This document shows positions 1-10,104 of a stretch of 33,068 nucleotides of DNA, one piece after another. Under the pieces are notes generated by a model, which ran no database searches, was not told the origin of the DNA, and saw nothing but the letters and a program-made list of their open reading frames with translations. Source of the DNA: Deltaproteobacteria bacterium (lineage in GTDB: Bacteria; Desulfobacterota; Binatia; UBA9968); assembly GCA_021323355.1 (NCBI GenBank), contig JAJONK010000001.1, positions 1-33,068 on the forward strand, in the 5' to 3' direction. The translations under genes were made by a program, and so were the position numbers. Every line of letters starts with the position of its first letter. Position 1 is the first letter of the stretch.

Positions 1-372
1 GAACAAGTCCGCCTTAGCAAAGGTGGCTCGGTCGCTGACGCCTTCTTTGGCGGCATTGCGCTTGGCGAGCTCGACCATGTCCGGATTGTATTCGATGCCG
101 TGAGCCTTGGCGCCGCGTTTAGCCGCTGTTATGACAGTGCGGCCATCGCCCGAACCCAGATCAATGACGAAGTCTTTAGGGGTTACTTTTGCCATATCGA
201 GCATCTTGTCTACCAGAGCCTGAGGCGTTGGCACCCAGACCACATCCTTGCCTTCTTGGCCGACCTGGGGCTCATAGCTTTTCGCCGGCTGCGCTTGTGC
301 CGCCCCGGAAGCGCCGACCAGGGCGACGCACATAGACAATATCAATACTCGCGCGAAATACGATGCGTTCAT
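1..372 (-). CDS. Class I SAM-dependent methyltransferase with an N-terminal signal-peptide-like leader. The gene is partial and its C-terminus runs off the window.
   Basis: The gene is absent from the ORF track because it has no stop codon inside the window. Hand translation of the reverse strand from ATG (370-372) gives MNASYFARVLILSMCVALVGASGAAQAQPAKSYEPQVGQEGKDVVWVPTPQALVDKMLDMAKVTPKDFVIDLGSGDGRTVITAAKRGAKAHGIEYNPDMVELAKRNAAKEGVSDRATFAKADLF, with no internal stops. VIDLGSGDG is SAM-binding motif I (GxGxG). GGAGG lies 4 nt upstream of the ATG. Confidence 0.75.
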   Translation of the reverse strand, partial: MNASYFARVLILSMCVALVGASGAAQAQPAKSYEPQVGQEGKDVVWVPTPQALVDKMLDMAKVTPKDFVIDLGSGDGRTVITAAKRGAKAHGIEYNPDMVELAKRNAAKEGVSDRATFAKADLF

Positions 373-782
373 AAGTCCTCCATTTATAAATTATTGGCTG
401 AGCATAGCAGGTTCGAACAGAGGAGTGGAGTACCGATAACAGTCTAATTTGTATTTTGCTAACTATCTCAATGTCTTGACGCCGCAACAACTCCGATCGC
501 GTGATGTCGTATTCCGGTACAATCCACGACCTATCCAGGAGACTTGAGCCGCCGCGCAATAGGTTTTTTGATTCTCTAATGGTACGAAGGTTGCGGCCGA
601 GACAACATAGAACCACGAATATCGAGAGTTCGATTATCAGAAAGGTCAAAGGCTTTCGATTCCCATTTTACTGACTAACTATGCAGGCAGCGCGATACCT
701 GCTTCAGCCGACGGTTTTCGAAACGTAACAAGGATGGAGTTATAACCAGAAAAAAAATATCGAGATCGGCTCTCAAGTTTAT

Positions 783-980
783 CTAGAAGAGGGTGGTCAT
801 CCTTGCGGCGCCGTGCGCGATGTGCGGGTGGGAAATCGTAATGAGATCAGAATTTACGTTGAGAATTCTGGAGAGTTCATTGTCTCCTTGGATGCCGTTC
901 GCGCGGCGCACGATGGCAAAGTAATTCTCGACCGAGCACGATTGGATCAGAGGCTGCTCGATGCAGCAGCTCACGCGCAT
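783..980 (-). CDS. Small hypothetical ORF (65 aa). It may be the 3' remnant of a decayed gene.
   Basis: The ORF is listed in the track. Its third-codon-position G/C bias resembles that of neighbouring real genes more than the overlapping + strand ORF 813..1004 does. Reading upstream in the same frame, open stretches are interrupted by stops (about 981..1200). I recognise no family. Confidence 0.25.
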   Translation of the reverse strand: MRVSCCIEQPLIQSCSVENYFAIVRRANGIQGDNELSRILNVNSDLITISHPHIAHGAARMTTLF

Positions 981-1455
981 GACGCCGAAGTTCCGGGCCT
1001 TTAAACTCGTCGCCCATCAGCGGCTTCACCCAACCCAAGCGAAACCTTTCTCATCCGGTGCAGAACGCGGCTAAATTGCAGCGGGTACACAACCGTGGGC
1101 CTTCAACGCGATCCTGTGTTGGAGAGCAGCGCTGATCTTTCCAAGGTCAGCAGCTTCTAGCCTGATTGCACTCCGGTCCGGTTCTCACGCGTTTTCAGCG
1201 AAATGGTGTACTAATTGCCGGCGATCCGTAAGGACAGCATGCCCGGTGGGTGAGCTAGGCGGCTAATCTGATGTTGCTAAGTTGCACCTGATAAAGGTTT
1301 AAAAGATTTTCCCGCCGCGGCAGCCCGGTGCTGTGTATAGCTCGGGTTTTCTCCGGACCGCTCAACTGTCAACCTTCCTGTTGCTTTATCCTGTCGGGCT
1401 AGCTACAAAATAGGACGACTCACCTAGGTTCCGTTAGAGATACAAGGAGCAGTCA

Positions 1456-4149
1456 ATGGCACAGAAGTATGTGGACAGCTTCGGCACGCGCAAGGTGCTG
1501 AGAGTGGGCGATCGAGGCTATGATATTTTCCGGCTCGATTTGCTAGAGAACGCGGGCTTTCAGAACATTTCTCGATTGCCTGTTTCTCTCAAGGTTTTAT
1601 TGGAAAACCTGTTAAGGCAGGAAGACAACCATCACGTTACCAAGGGCGACATTGAAGCGCTCGCAAATTGGAACCCGAAGGTTAAGTCGGAAAAAGAGAT
1701 TGCGTTTATGCCGGCGCGGGTGCTGATGCAGGATCTAACGGGAGTTCCTGCCGTGGTCGATCTCGCGGCGATGCGCGAGGCGATGAAGCGTTTAGGCGGC
1801 GATCCGACAAAAATCAATCCGCTAGCTCCTGTCGATCTGGTGATCGATCATTCCGTCCAAGTTGATTTTTTCGGCAGCGCGGATGCGTTGCACAAGAATT
1901 CGGAAATAGAGTTTAAGCGAAATGTCGAACGTTATGCATTCTTAAGATGGGGTCAAACGGCTTTTGACAATTTCCGCCTGATCCCGCCCGATACCGGAAT
2001 TTGCCATCAGGTGAACCTTGAATATCTGGCGCCGGTGGTTTTCCGCGCGCAAAAAGATGGCGCGCACTTCGCGTATCCTGATACCGTTGTCGGCACCGAC
2101 TCACACACGACCATGATCAATGGTTTGGGTGTCGTCGGCTGGGGAGTAGGTGGCATCGAAGCGGAAGCGGCGCTGCTTGGCCAGCCGATCATCATGCTCA
2201 TCCCCGAAGTGATCGGTTTTAAGCTGCACGGCAAACTTCCGGAGGGAGCAACCGCAACGGATCTGGTTTTGACGGTTGTGCAGATGCTTAGGAAAAAGGG
2301 AGTGGTTGAGAAGTTCGTCGAGTTTTACGGCGCAGGTTTGTCTAGTCTGAGCTTGGCCGATCGCGCGACCATCGGCAACATGGGGCCTGAATACGGCGCG
2401 ACCATTGGATACTTCCCAATTGACGACGAGACCTTGCGCTACTTGGAACTAACCGGCCGAGACCGACACCTGATCAACCTGGTTGAAAGCTATGCCAAAG
2501 AGCAAGGCATGTTCCGCACCGATTCTTCGCCCGATCCTATGTTCACCGATTCACTCGAGCTTGATCTGGCAACGGTGGTGCCGAGCTTGTCGGGTCCGCG
2601 CCGGCCGCAAGATCGGATACCGTTGACTGAAAGCAAGAAATCATTCAAAGAAGCCCTGCCGTCTCTAATGAAGGGTGGGGATGTCAACAAGACGGTCACT
2701 GTGCAGAATAATGGCGACAAGTTCGCGCTCACGCATGGCTCGGTTGTCATCTCGGCGATCACGAGTTGCACGAACACATCAAATCCGTCGGTCATGATCG
2801 GCGCCGGATTGCTGGCCAAAAAGGCCGCAGAGAAGGGTCTGGCGAGTAAACCCTGGGTGAAAACCAGTCTGGCACCTGGGTCGAAGGTGGTGACCGAGTA
2901 TCTAAAGGATAGCGGTCTTCTGCCGTACTTAGAAGCTATCGGTTTTCATCTGGTTGGCTATGGCTGCACCACCTGCATCGGCAATAGCGGACCACTGCCT
3001 GAGCCAGTGGTTAACGCGATTCAGGACGGGGACTTGGTTGCCGCTGCGGTGTTGTCCGGCAACCGAAACTTCGAAGGCCGTATTCATCCTAATGTCCGCG
3101 CCAATTATCTCGCCTCACCGCCTCTGGTAGTTGCCTATGCACTCGCCGGTAGTATGGATACCGATCTCTATAACGAACCGCTGGGAAATGATTTGGAGGG
3201 TAAGCCGGTTTATTTGCGAGACATTTGGCCGACGCCCCAAGAAGTTCAAGAGACTATGCGTAAATCGGTGCGGTCGGAGATGTTTATAAAGGAATACAGC
3301 CAGGCCACCGAAGGCGATGAGCAGTGGAAGAACATGCCGGTGCCGCAGGGCGAGCTCTTCCAATGGGATTTGCAGTCGACATACGTGCGTGAAGCGCCCT
3401 ACTTCGACGGAATGTCGAGAACCCCGGCCGAGCTTAAGGAGATCAAAGGAGCGCGTGTCTTAGCGCTGCTCGGTGATTCGGTTACCACCGATCATATTTC
3501 GCCGGCGGGTTCCATCGAGAGAAACGGCCCGGCGGCGCGCTACCTCACCAACAATGATGTTTTGCCCAAAGACTTTAACCAGTATGGCGCGCGTCGCGGT
3601 AATCATGAAGTCATGATGCGCGGAACATTTGCAAATATTCGTTTGAAAAATATGCTGGCGCCGGGCACTGAAGGCGGCGTGACAGTTCATTTGCCGGACA
3701 AGAAGCAAACGTCAATCTACGACGCCGCGATGCAGTATCAAAAGGAAGGCATCCCGCTCATAGTTGTCGCTGGAAAGGAGTACGGCTCCGGTTCTTCGCG
3801 TGACTGGGCAGCGAAAGGCCCGCGCTTGTTAGGCGTGAAAGCGGTTATCGCCGAGAGTTATGAACGTATTCACCGTAGTAACTTGATTGGCATGGGAATC
3901 GTGCCGCTGCAGTTCAAGCCTGGTGAAAACCTGAAGTATTATAATCTTACCGGCTTTGAGACTTTCGAAATCGTCGGGATCTCGGACGGCCTCAAGTTGA
4001 GACAAACTCTGACCGTGAGAGCGACGAGGGATGACGGCGAGGTTCAAGAGTTCACGGTTATTTGCCGCATCGATACCCCGGCCGAGCTTGAATACTACCG
4101 TCACGGCGGAATCTTGGAGTTCGTGCTCAGGCAACTTTTACAAAGCTGA
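1456..4149 (+). CDS. acnA: Aconitate hydratase A (IRP-like aconitase)
   Basis: The 897 aa product carries aconitase signatures: [67 protein letters not shown] and the C-terminal swivel domain motif [16 protein letters not shown] lies 6-7 nt upstream of the ATG. Confidence 0.97.
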   Translation: MAQKYVDSFGTRKVLRVGDRGYDIFRLDLLENAGFQNISRLPVSLKVLLENLLRQEDNHHVTKGDIEALANWNPKVKSEKEIAFMPARVLMQDLTGVPAVVDLAAMREAMKRLGGDPTKINPLAPVDLVIDHSVQVDFFGSADALHKNSEIEFKRNVERYAFLRWGQTAFDNFRLIPPDTGICHQVNLEYLAPVVFRAQKDGAHFAYPDTVVGTDSHTTMINGLGVVGWGVGGIEAEAALLGQPIIMLIPEVIGFKLHGKLPEGATATDLVLTVVQMLRKKGVVEKFVEFYGAGLSSLSLADRATIGNMGPEYGATIGYFPIDDETLRYLELTGRDRHLINLVESYAKEQGMFRTDSSPDPMFTDSLELDLATVVPSLSGPRRPQDRIPLTESKKSFKEALPSLMKGGDVNKTVTVQNNGDKFALTHGSVVISAITSCTNTSNPSVMIGAGLLAKKAAEKGLASKPWVKTSLAPGSKVVTEYLKDSGLLPYLEAIGFHLVGYGCTTCIGNSGPLPEPVVNAIQDGDLVAAAVLSGNRNFEGRIHPNVRANYLASPPLVVAYALAGSMDTDLYNEPLGNDLEGKPVYLRDIWPTPQEVQETMRKSVRSEMFIKEYSQATEGDEQWKNMPVPQGELFQWDLQSTYVREAPYFDGMSRTPAELKEIKGARVLALLGDSVTTDHISPAGSIERNGPAARYLTNNDVLPKDFNQYGARRGNHEVMMRGTFANIRLKNMLAPGTEGGVTVHLPDKKQTSIYDAAMQYQKEGIPLIVVAGKEYGSGSSRDWAAKGPRLLGVKAVIAESYERIHRSNLIGMGIVPLQFKPGENLKYYNLTGFETFEIVGISDGLKLRQTLTVRATRDDGEVQEFTVICRIDTPAELEYYRHGGILEFVLRQLLQS

Positions 4150-4224
4150 TTTCTGGAACCAAAGATTCGAACACTCCAGGAAGATTGAGCTCGGGCCAAC
4201 CGCTGGCATTCCCGACTAACGCCG

Positions 4225-5028
4225 ATGAATCGGAGACAAGCGCTTGGGTTAATTGGACCGGGTCTGGCGCTTCTCTTCGGCCCTGCGCGACTACTCCGTG
4301 GAAATATCTACGCCGTTGAAAGGCCGATAATGACTCAACCAGCTCACATCGCAAATTTCACCGCCGATAACCCGGGCATGATGACCTTGCAAGGGACTAA
4401 CCAATATATCGTCGGCAAGGACAGCGCGGTTGTCATCGATGTGGCGCTGAGCTCGGACGGAAACATGGATGGCATCATCGAACAGGCCGAAGCCATGGGC
4501 GTCAAAAAAATCGAAAAGATCCTTCTGACGCATATCCATATCGATCACTGTGGTGGGGCGCTGGCGCTTAAGAAGCGCACCGGCGCAAAGCTCGGCATTC
4601 ACCGTTCGCGCGCAGGCTATCTGGGCGAGGAGGACTTTCGGTACGACGACCAAGACAGAATTCCATTTGGCGGCGGCGAGCTCCAAGTCCTGCACACTCC
4701 AGGTCATGAATCGGGCCACTGCTGTTTCTATGAATCAGGCGACAAGGTGCTGTTCAGCGGTGACAATATTTTGGGATTCGGAACGGCCGTGATTCACCCG
4801 CCTGACGGTAACATGACCGATTACTTGCAATCGTTGGAGCGGCTGTTGGAGTTCAATATCGATTTGATTCTGCCCGGACACGGGCCTTTGGTTGGCAAAC
4901 CGGAGGCAAAGATCTCCGCCGGCCTGCAAAGGGTGGCGGAATTCTCGGTTCAGGCGCATCTGGAGAAGCTGATCCGCGACGAACGCGTAAAAAGAGAAGA
5001 TCGCCGCTATCATCTGCTCGGCCATTGA
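4225..5028 (+). CDS. MBL-fold metallo-hydrolase. The start is ambiguous between 4225 and the internal ATG at 4330.
   Basis: The metallo-beta-lactamase HxHxDH motif is present (THIHIDHCGG), along with a downstream HTPGH and a GDNILG/PGHG pattern. The first 35 aa (MNRRQALGLIGPGLALLFGPARLL) resemble a twin-arginine leader. Confidence 0.85.
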   Translation: MNRRQALGLIGPGLALLFGPARLLRGNIYAVERPIMTQPAHIANFTADNPGMMTLQGTNQYIVGKDSAVVIDVALSSDGNMDGIIEQAEAMGVKKIEKILLTHIHIDHCGGALALKKRTGAKLGIHRSRAGYLGEEDFRYDDQDRIPFGGGELQVLHTPGHESGHCCFYESGDKVLFSGDNILGFGTAVIHPPDGNMTDYLQSLERLLEFNIDLILPGHGPLVGKPEAKISAGLQRVAEFSVQAHLEKLIRDERVKREDRRYHLLGH

Positions 5029-5257
5029 TATATCGCCTTATCCGAATCAATGGCATCGATTCGGGACCGCGATTTGTCTGCAACCCGACCTGCACGTCAT
5101 CGGCGCGTCTAATATAAACCTGAGAGTGAAACTTTGGCCTGAGCAGTAAATCGCCTTGCTGCCGACAGAGTCGTCGCCTCTGGAGAAACCGGCAACAATT
5201 AACCAGAGCCTAGAAAAACTTGTGCGTGGTTATCCTAGGTGTTGCGACCGTACTGAT

Positions 5258-6013
5258 CTACCACTTCTCTAAAATAACAACCGGATACCCCGCTTGTGTC
5301 ACCCGTCGCGCTTGTTCTTCGGCACTGGACCGGGTAGAAAATTGTCCGAGTTGGACACGATAAAACGTGCTCGTACTGGTGTTCAATGGGACAATGGCGA
5401 CGTCCGAAAACGTCGATGCGACCCGGTCGCGCAGCTGGCGAGCATTCTCGAGTACTGAAAACGAGCCTAGCTGAAGCGTGTAGTCGAGCGAATCTTTAAT
5501 CAAGGATATTTTGTCAGCGCCGCTACCGACCACTTCGATCCGCACCGGGATGGTTCCGGGACCAATCATGCCGAGTGTTTCCGCCGCCGCATAGGATAAA
5601 TCTATAATTCTTTCCTTCGCGAAGGGTCCACGATCGTTGATCAGAACTTCTATGGCTCTGCCATTCTCTAAGTTGGTTACCAGCACTCGAGTGCCGAGAG
5701 GCAATGTTTGATGCGCCGCCGTGAGGTCGTGTTGGTTATATATAACGCCGCTGGCAGTAGGCTTGCCGTGAAAACCGGGCCCATACCATGAGGCGATGCC
5801 GGTTTGACTGACGCGCGGCGCGGTTACAGGAGGAGGGATTCGCGAGGCCGGCAAGGAACATGCTGCCACGCCGATGACTATTACCGACAGGAGATGAAGC
5901 TTTAAATCAGAGATCGGCTTCAAGTTACCCACTCCAGGCAAGCCGTCAGGATCGATGTTTATCGAATCCCTGGCGCCAGCACATCGAACCGGAGTCCAGG
6001 TCGACATGCCCAA
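5258..6013 (-). CDS. rlpA: Septal ring lytic transglycosylase RlpA family lipoprotein (DPBB domain plus C-terminal SPOR domain)
   Basis: The RlpA double-psi beta-barrel core is present (GIASWYGPGFHGKPTASGVIYNQHDLTAAHQTLPLGTRVLVTNLENGRAIEVLINDRGPF). The C-terminus is SPOR-like (YTLQLGSFSVLENARQLRDRV...YRVQLGQFSTRSSAEEQARRV). A lipobox (IGVAAC) is present. The true start is probably the in-frame TTG at 5923 (giving MKPISDLKLHLLSVIVIGVAAC) or the GTG at 5932, rather than the ATG at 6013. Confidence 0.9.
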   Translation of the reverse strand: MGMSTWTPVRCAGARDSINIDPDGLPGVGNLKPISDLKLHLLSVIVIGVAACSLPASRIPPPVTAPRVSQTGIASWYGPGFHGKPTASGVIYNQHDLTAAHQTLPLGTRVLVTNLENGRAIEVLINDRGPFAKERIIDLSYAAAETLGMIGPGTIPVRIEVVGSGADKISLIKDSLDYTLQLGSFSVLENARQLRDRVASTFSDVAIVPLNTSTSTFYRVQLGQFSTRSSAEEQARRVTQAGYPVVILEKW

Positions 6014-6021
6014 ATCATCGA

Positions 6022-6588
6022 TTAACCTAGCAACGCTTCCATCCTGTAGGCCCCCTGCTGCCGATCCGGCGCAGGAATTCTTTTTTTTGCGCTTATCAGA
6101 CTACCGAATACGGCATCGGCTAGCGGTAAAACAACATTGAGGTTGTTCAGGTGCCGTTTGTGATGCATATGATGATGCGCGTCAAGCCAGCGAAACCACC
6201 GAGTTTGCTCGAGGCGCCGCCCCATGGGAATGTGCATGCAGTAGTGCAGATACTCGTAAAGCGCATAATAAACCGCCATGGCCGCGCACGCGCCGGCGAG
6301 TATGGGCGCGCCTACAAGGTGCTGTATAAGGAGTATTGCAGGAACGTGAAGAGCGATGATCAGCGGTGCGTTCCACCAAGCGAAGCGAACCTTTCTCATA
6401 TATTTCTTATCCGACAGAAAATAGTCGGTTCCCGTGCGAAAGAGACCATGATGAACCAATGCATGAGCCCGAAATGGATACTTCCAGCGCGGCTGATGCA
6501 TGAGGTACTTGTGTAAAGTCCATTCGAAAAAGCTGCCATACACGAAAAAGGCCGCGAACGCGGTGAGTTCGCTAATGTAAAATGACAT
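6022..6588 (-). CDS. Fatty acid hydroxylase / sterol desaturase superfamily integral membrane protein
   Basis: The 188 aa hydrophobic protein carries the di-iron histidine boxes of the family: HKYLMH, HALVHH, HYCMH and HHHMHH. Confidence 0.8.
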   Translation of the reverse strand: MSFYISELTAFAAFFVYGSFFEWTLHKYLMHQPRWKYPFRAHALVHHGLFRTGTDYFLSDKKYMRKVRFAWWNAPLIIALHVPAILLIQHLVGAPILAGACAAMAVYYALYEYLHYCMHIPMGRRLEQTRWFRWLDAHHHMHHKRHLNNLNVVLPLADAVFGSLISAKKRIPAPDRQQGAYRMEALLG

Positions 6589-6785
6589 GATTTGTTTCGC
6601 TCCCTGTAGATCTCTACTGTGTGAGTTCCTGTTGAGCGCATGAAAACGTCGTTCACACTACGTGGTTTTGCCCGATTGGTCAATTGTAATGCTTTAAAAA
6701 GGCGCATCATCAAAACTAGGCGCCGTTTACGCAGCGCAGAGATTGTGCTACTTTACCGACAACTTACAAGGGAGTGTCTTAGTTT

Positions 6786-7532
6786 ATGTCAGGCCATTCA
6801 AAATGGAGCACGATCAAGCACAAGAAAGCCGCAAAAGACGCGAAGAAGGGCAAGCTCTTCACCAAGCTGATCAAGGAAATTACAGTTGCGGCGCGAATGG
6901 GCGGCGGCGATATTAATGCGAATCCGCGCCTGCGCACTGCGGTACTCACGGCTCGATCTGCAAGTATGCCCACCGAGAACATCGATCGGGCGATCAAAAA
7001 GGGAACCGGCGAGCTTGAAGGTGTCACCTACGACGAGATTCAATACGAAGGATATGGGCCGGGTGGTGCAGCCATACTGGCGCATGTGCTGACGGATAAC
7101 AAAAATCGCACGGTTTCGGAGATTCGTCGCCTGTTTACAAAACACGGCGGCAATATGGGCGAGGCCGGCTGCGTCGCCTGGATGTTCGACAAAAAGGGCC
7201 TGATCACGATCGAAAAAACGCAAGTTGATGAGGATCGCTTAATGTCAATTGTTCTTGATGCCGGGGCCGAGGATGTTAGGGATGAGGATGAAATTTTCGA
7301 AGTGATTACAACCGTCGAAGAGTTCGACAAAGTCAAGGAACGGCTCGAACTCGAAAAAGTAGCGATCGCCAGCGCGCAAATCACCATGGTGCCGAAGAAC
7401 ACTGTTGATGTCGACGAGAAGAATGTCGAACAGATCTTGAAGCTTACCGAGGAACTTGAAGACCATGACGATGTCCAGAGCGTTTCGGCTAATTTCAACA
7501 TCCCGAGTGAGTTAATGGAGAAGGCTAGTTGA
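6786..7532 (+). CDS. yebC: YebC/PmpR family DNA-binding transcriptional regulator
   Basis: The N-terminus is the family hallmark, [37 protein letters not shown]. The length is 248 aa. The gene sits in the conserved position upstream of ruvCAB. Confidence 0.95.
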   Translation: MSGHSKWSTIKHKKAAKDAKKGKLFTKLIKEITVAARMGGGDINANPRLRTAVLTARSASMPTENIDRAIKKGTGELEGVTYDEIQYEGYGPGGAAILAHVLTDNKNRTVSEIRRLFTKHGGNMGEAGCVAWMFDKKGLITIEKTQVDEDRLMSIVLDAGAEDVRDEDEIFEVITTVEEFDKVKERLELEKVAIASAQITMVPKNTVDVDEKNVEQILKLTEELEDHDDVQSVSANFNIPSELMEKAS

Positions 7533-8119
7533 GCTGGCCTTCGCCTGTCCGCCGCAGAGCTGATGCGCAGCCGCTGGCGCGCAGGGTTCTCGGTATCGAT
7601 CCCGGTTCGGCAGTCACCGGGTGGGGAGTCGTTGAGGCGGCAGGCACTTCATTGATTCATCTGGCGCATGGCACGGTGATTACGGCGGGCACTCAGGGGC
7701 AGGCGGCTCGGCTGGAGCGCATTTACCGCGGCCTTGAGGAAGTCATCGATTCCTATAATCCGGATGGTGTTTGCGTCGAGCGGGTTTTTTTCGCGCGAAA
7801 CGCGCAGAGCGCGCTCAAGCTCGGTCAGGCGCGCGGCGTAGCCATTCTTGCCGCTGCGCGAAGGAGTTTGGCAGTTCATGAGTATGCCGCCGTTGAGATC
7901 AAGGCCGCGGTGGTAGGCTATGGCCACGCCACTAAACAGCAGGTACAAATGATGATTGCGTCTTTGCTGCGCCTTCGCGGCAAGTTGCCGGCCGACGCCG
8001 CGGACGCGCTCGCCGCGGCTATTTGCCATCTTCATATGCAGGTGTTGCGCGCGCGCCTTATCGAAGCCCTGCCAAGAACCATTGCGCCGTTGCGGCCGCG
8101 CAAGTCGATCCTTCCTTGA
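7529..8119 (+). CDS. ruvC: Crossover junction endodeoxyribonuclease RuvC
   Basis: The RuvC core is present: [38 protein letters not shown] and [10 protein letters not shown]. The TTG start overlaps the yebC stop. The 20 aa N-terminal extension is unusual, so the real start may lie further downstream. Confidence 0.9.
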   Translation: MSWPSPVRRRADAQPLARRVLGIDPGSAVTGWGVVEAAGTSLIHLAHGTVITAGTQGQAARLERIYRGLEEVIDSYNPDGVCVERVFFARNAQSALKLGQARGVAILAAARRSLAVHEYAAVEIKAAVVGYGHATKQQVQMMIASLLRLRGKLPADAADALAAAICHLHMQVLRARLIEALPRTIAPLRPRKSILP

Positions 8120-8161
8120 GATGCCGAACGGCGTTGAAATTAACCGAAAGATTAAGCAGTC

Positions 8162-8755
8162 GTGATCGCTCAAATCAGCGGCACTCTGGCGCAGAAGGTT
8201 GCAGGAGAAATCGTCGTCGATGTCGGTGGAGTCGGTTATCAGGTCTTCATCCCGCTCAATGTGTTTTATCATCTGCCGGAGATCGGCGCGCCGGTCCGGC
8301 TGCATATTCACACTCACTTGCGCGAGGATGCCCTACAGCTTTTCGGCTTCCAGGAGCCGGCGGAAAAACAAGTTTTCTTGCAACTCAACGGCGTTGCCGG
8401 CATCGGACCTAAACTTGCGCTGAACATTTTGTCGGGAATCCCCGCCGATGAACTCACCCGTGCAATCAAGGGAGGCGATCAGTTGCGCTTGGTATCGATC
8501 CCTGGCGTAGGCAAGAAACTTGCCGAGCGCATGATCGTTGAGCTTCGTGATCGCTTTGCGCTTCTCGAATCTCAAGCCACAGAAACTCCTGCGCAAGGGC
8601 GCGACCCGCAGCTGCTCCAAGACGCTGTTTCGGCTCTCGTTAATCTGGGCTATCGTAAAGTGGAAGTTGAAAAGAACGTGCGTGACTGCGTTCAAGCGGG
8701 CAATCACAGTCTTGAGCAGGTGATTAAAGAAGTACTTCGGCGCATGAGTCGCTGA
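8162..8755 (+). CDS. ruvA: Holliday junction branch migration complex subunit RuvA
   Basis: The gene has a GTG start. The product begins MIAQISGTL...[14 protein letters not shown] (OB domain) and contains the HhH motifs [15 protein letters not shown] and [16 protein letters not shown]. Confidence 0.95.
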   Translation: MIAQISGTLAQKVAGEIVVDVGGVGYQVFIPLNVFYHLPEIGAPVRLHIHTHLREDALQLFGFQEPAEKQVFLQLNGVAGIGPKLALNILSGIPADELTRAIKGGDQLRLVSIPGVGKKLAERMIVELRDRFALLESQATETPAQGRDPQLLQDAVSALVNLGYRKVEVEKNVRDCVQAGNHSLEQVIKEVLRRMSR

Positions 8756-8763
8756 CACTGATC

Positions 8764-9837
8764 ATGGCCCACTCACCCATCATCGATTCGGACAAATCCT
8801 TGGAGACGCGGGAGATCTCGCCGGCGCGAAGCGATGAGGATTTAAACTACGAGGTAAATCTGCGGCCCCGTGGATTCGAGGAATACGTCGGCCAAGATCG
8901 CGTCAAAGAAAACCTTAAAGTAGCCATCGAGGCAGCCCGCGGTCGTGGCGAGGTTCTAGACCACCTTTTGTTCCATGGCCCGCCAGGACTAGGAAAAACA
9001 TCCCTGGCCTACATCATCGCCCGTGAGATGGGCGTCAATATCAAAGGGACTTCAGGGCCGGTTATCGAGCGTGCCGGTGATCTGGCGGCGATTCTCACCA
9101 ATTTGGAGGAAGGCGATATCTTGTTCATCGATGAAATTCATCGCCTCAACCATATTGTCGAAGAGGTTCTATATCCCGCCATGGAAGATTTTCAAATCGA
9201 TATCATGATTGGACAAGGTCCGGCGGCCCGATCCATCAAGCTTGAGTTGAAGCCATTTACTTTGATTGGCGCAACGACAAGATCAGGTCTGCTGACCTCG
9301 CCGCTCCGCGATCGTTTCGGCCTGAGCTTCCGGTTAGATTTTTATTCACCGGAAACCCTTACTGATCTTCTCCAGCGCTCAGCTGTTATTCTCGGCGTGG
9401 CTGGCGAACAGGACGGAATCGCCGAGATCGCGCGGCGGTCGCGCGGCACACCACGAATCGCCAACCGCCTGCTACGCCGTGTGCGCGACTATGCGCAGGT
9501 CAAAGCAGCCGGACGGATTACGCTCGCGGTGACGGTCGAGGCGTTACAGATGTTGGAGGTTGACTCCATCGGCCTCGATAAAATGGATACCATGTTGCTA
9601 TTGACCCTGATCGAAAAGTTCTCCGGAGGACCGGTTGGAATCGAGACTCTGGCAGCGGCCATTGGCGAAGAAAAAGACACCATTGAAGATGTCTATGAGC
9701 CATTTCTGATTCAGGCGGGTTTCATCCAGCGAACGCCTAGAGGGCGGATGGCGACGCCGTTGGCTTACAATCACTTCGGCCAAAAACCTAAGGGACAAAA
9801 GGGCAGTGCTCCCAAGAACCAACCTACTTTGTTTTGA
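8764..9837 (+). CDS. ruvB: Holliday junction branch migration DNA helicase RuvB
   Basis: [12 protein letters not shown], Walker [12 protein letters not shown], Walker [10 protein letters not shown], sensor motifs and the [15 protein letters not shown] winged-helix region are all present. Confidence 0.97.
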   Translation: MAHSPIIDSDKSLETREISPARSDEDLNYEVNLRPRGFEEYVGQDRVKENLKVAIEAARGRGEVLDHLLFHGPPGLGKTSLAYIIAREMGVNIKGTSGPVIERAGDLAAILTNLEEGDILFIDEIHRLNHIVEEVLYPAMEDFQIDIMIGQGPAARSIKLELKPFTLIGATTRSGLLTSPLRDRFGLSFRLDFYSPETLTDLLQRSAVILGVAGEQDGIAEIARRSRGTPRIANRLLRRVRDYAQVKAAGRITLAVTVEALQMLEVDSIGLDKMDTMLLLTLIEKFSGGPVGIETLAAAIGEEKDTIEDVYEPFLIQAGFIQRTPRGRMATPLAYNHFGQKPKGQKGSAPKNQPTLF

Positions 9838-9883
9838 AGTAGCAACGACCTGAAATCCTCCCCAACCAGCGGGATCGAACCCT

Positions 9884-10096
9884 ATGCCTGAGTTCGGTAG
9901 AACTTTGATCATTCTGGGGATCGCAATTATCGCCGTCGGAGTACTGTTTACATTGGGTGGAAAAATCCCTTGGCTCGGGCATTTGCCGGGTGATATCTAC
10001 GTCCAGCGAGGTCGCTTCAGTTTTTATTTTCCAATCACCACGTGCATTGTTATCAGCATCCTCATCAGCCTTGTTCTCTATCTCTTTAGGAGATAA
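9884..10096 (+). CDS. DUF2905 family small membrane protein
   Basis: The 70 aa product has two TM segments and the characteristic LPGDIYVQRGRFSFYFPITTCIVIS motif. Confidence 0.8.
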   Translation: MPEFGRTLIILGIAIIAVGVLFTLGGKIPWLGHLPGDIYVQRGRFSFYFPITTCIVISILISLVLYLFRR

Positions 10097-10104
10097 AATT
10101 CTGC

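Noticed and set aside
410-418. T-loop-like GGTTCGAAC strings that could indicate a tRNA. A similar GATTCGAAC lies near 4167.
   Set aside because: The flanking bases do not form a T-stem, acceptor stem or anticodon arm, so no cloverleaf can be drawn.
100-649. Track ORFs 100..447 (+) and 272..649 (-).
   Set aside because: Both overlap the hand-recovered methyltransferase gene (1..372, -) in other frames and encode Arg/Cys-rich peptides with no motifs. They are shadow ORFs.
813-1004. A 63 aa + strand ORF overlaps the 783..980 - strand ORF.
   Set aside because: It has a GTG start without an RBS and weaker third-position GC bias than the antisense ORF. I recognise no family. It is kept only as an alternative in the finding for region 373..1455.
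5042-5064. A hairpin CCGAATC-N9-GATTCGG downstream of the MBL hydrolase could be a terminator.
   Set aside because: The stem is only 7 bp and no U-tract follows it. This is insufficient to call an intrinsic terminator.
7649-8317. A 222 aa antisense ORF spans ruvC and ruvA.
   Set aside because: It is antisense to two genes with unambiguous motifs and has an Arg/Ser/Ala-rich composition typical of shadow ORFs. The same reasoning applies to 29395..30033 (-, in leuS), 20380..20955 (-, in fabD/fabG), 13122..13631 (-, in lpxC), 23033..23509 (-, in glyA), 28159..28626 (-, in leuS) and the other antisense track ORFs.
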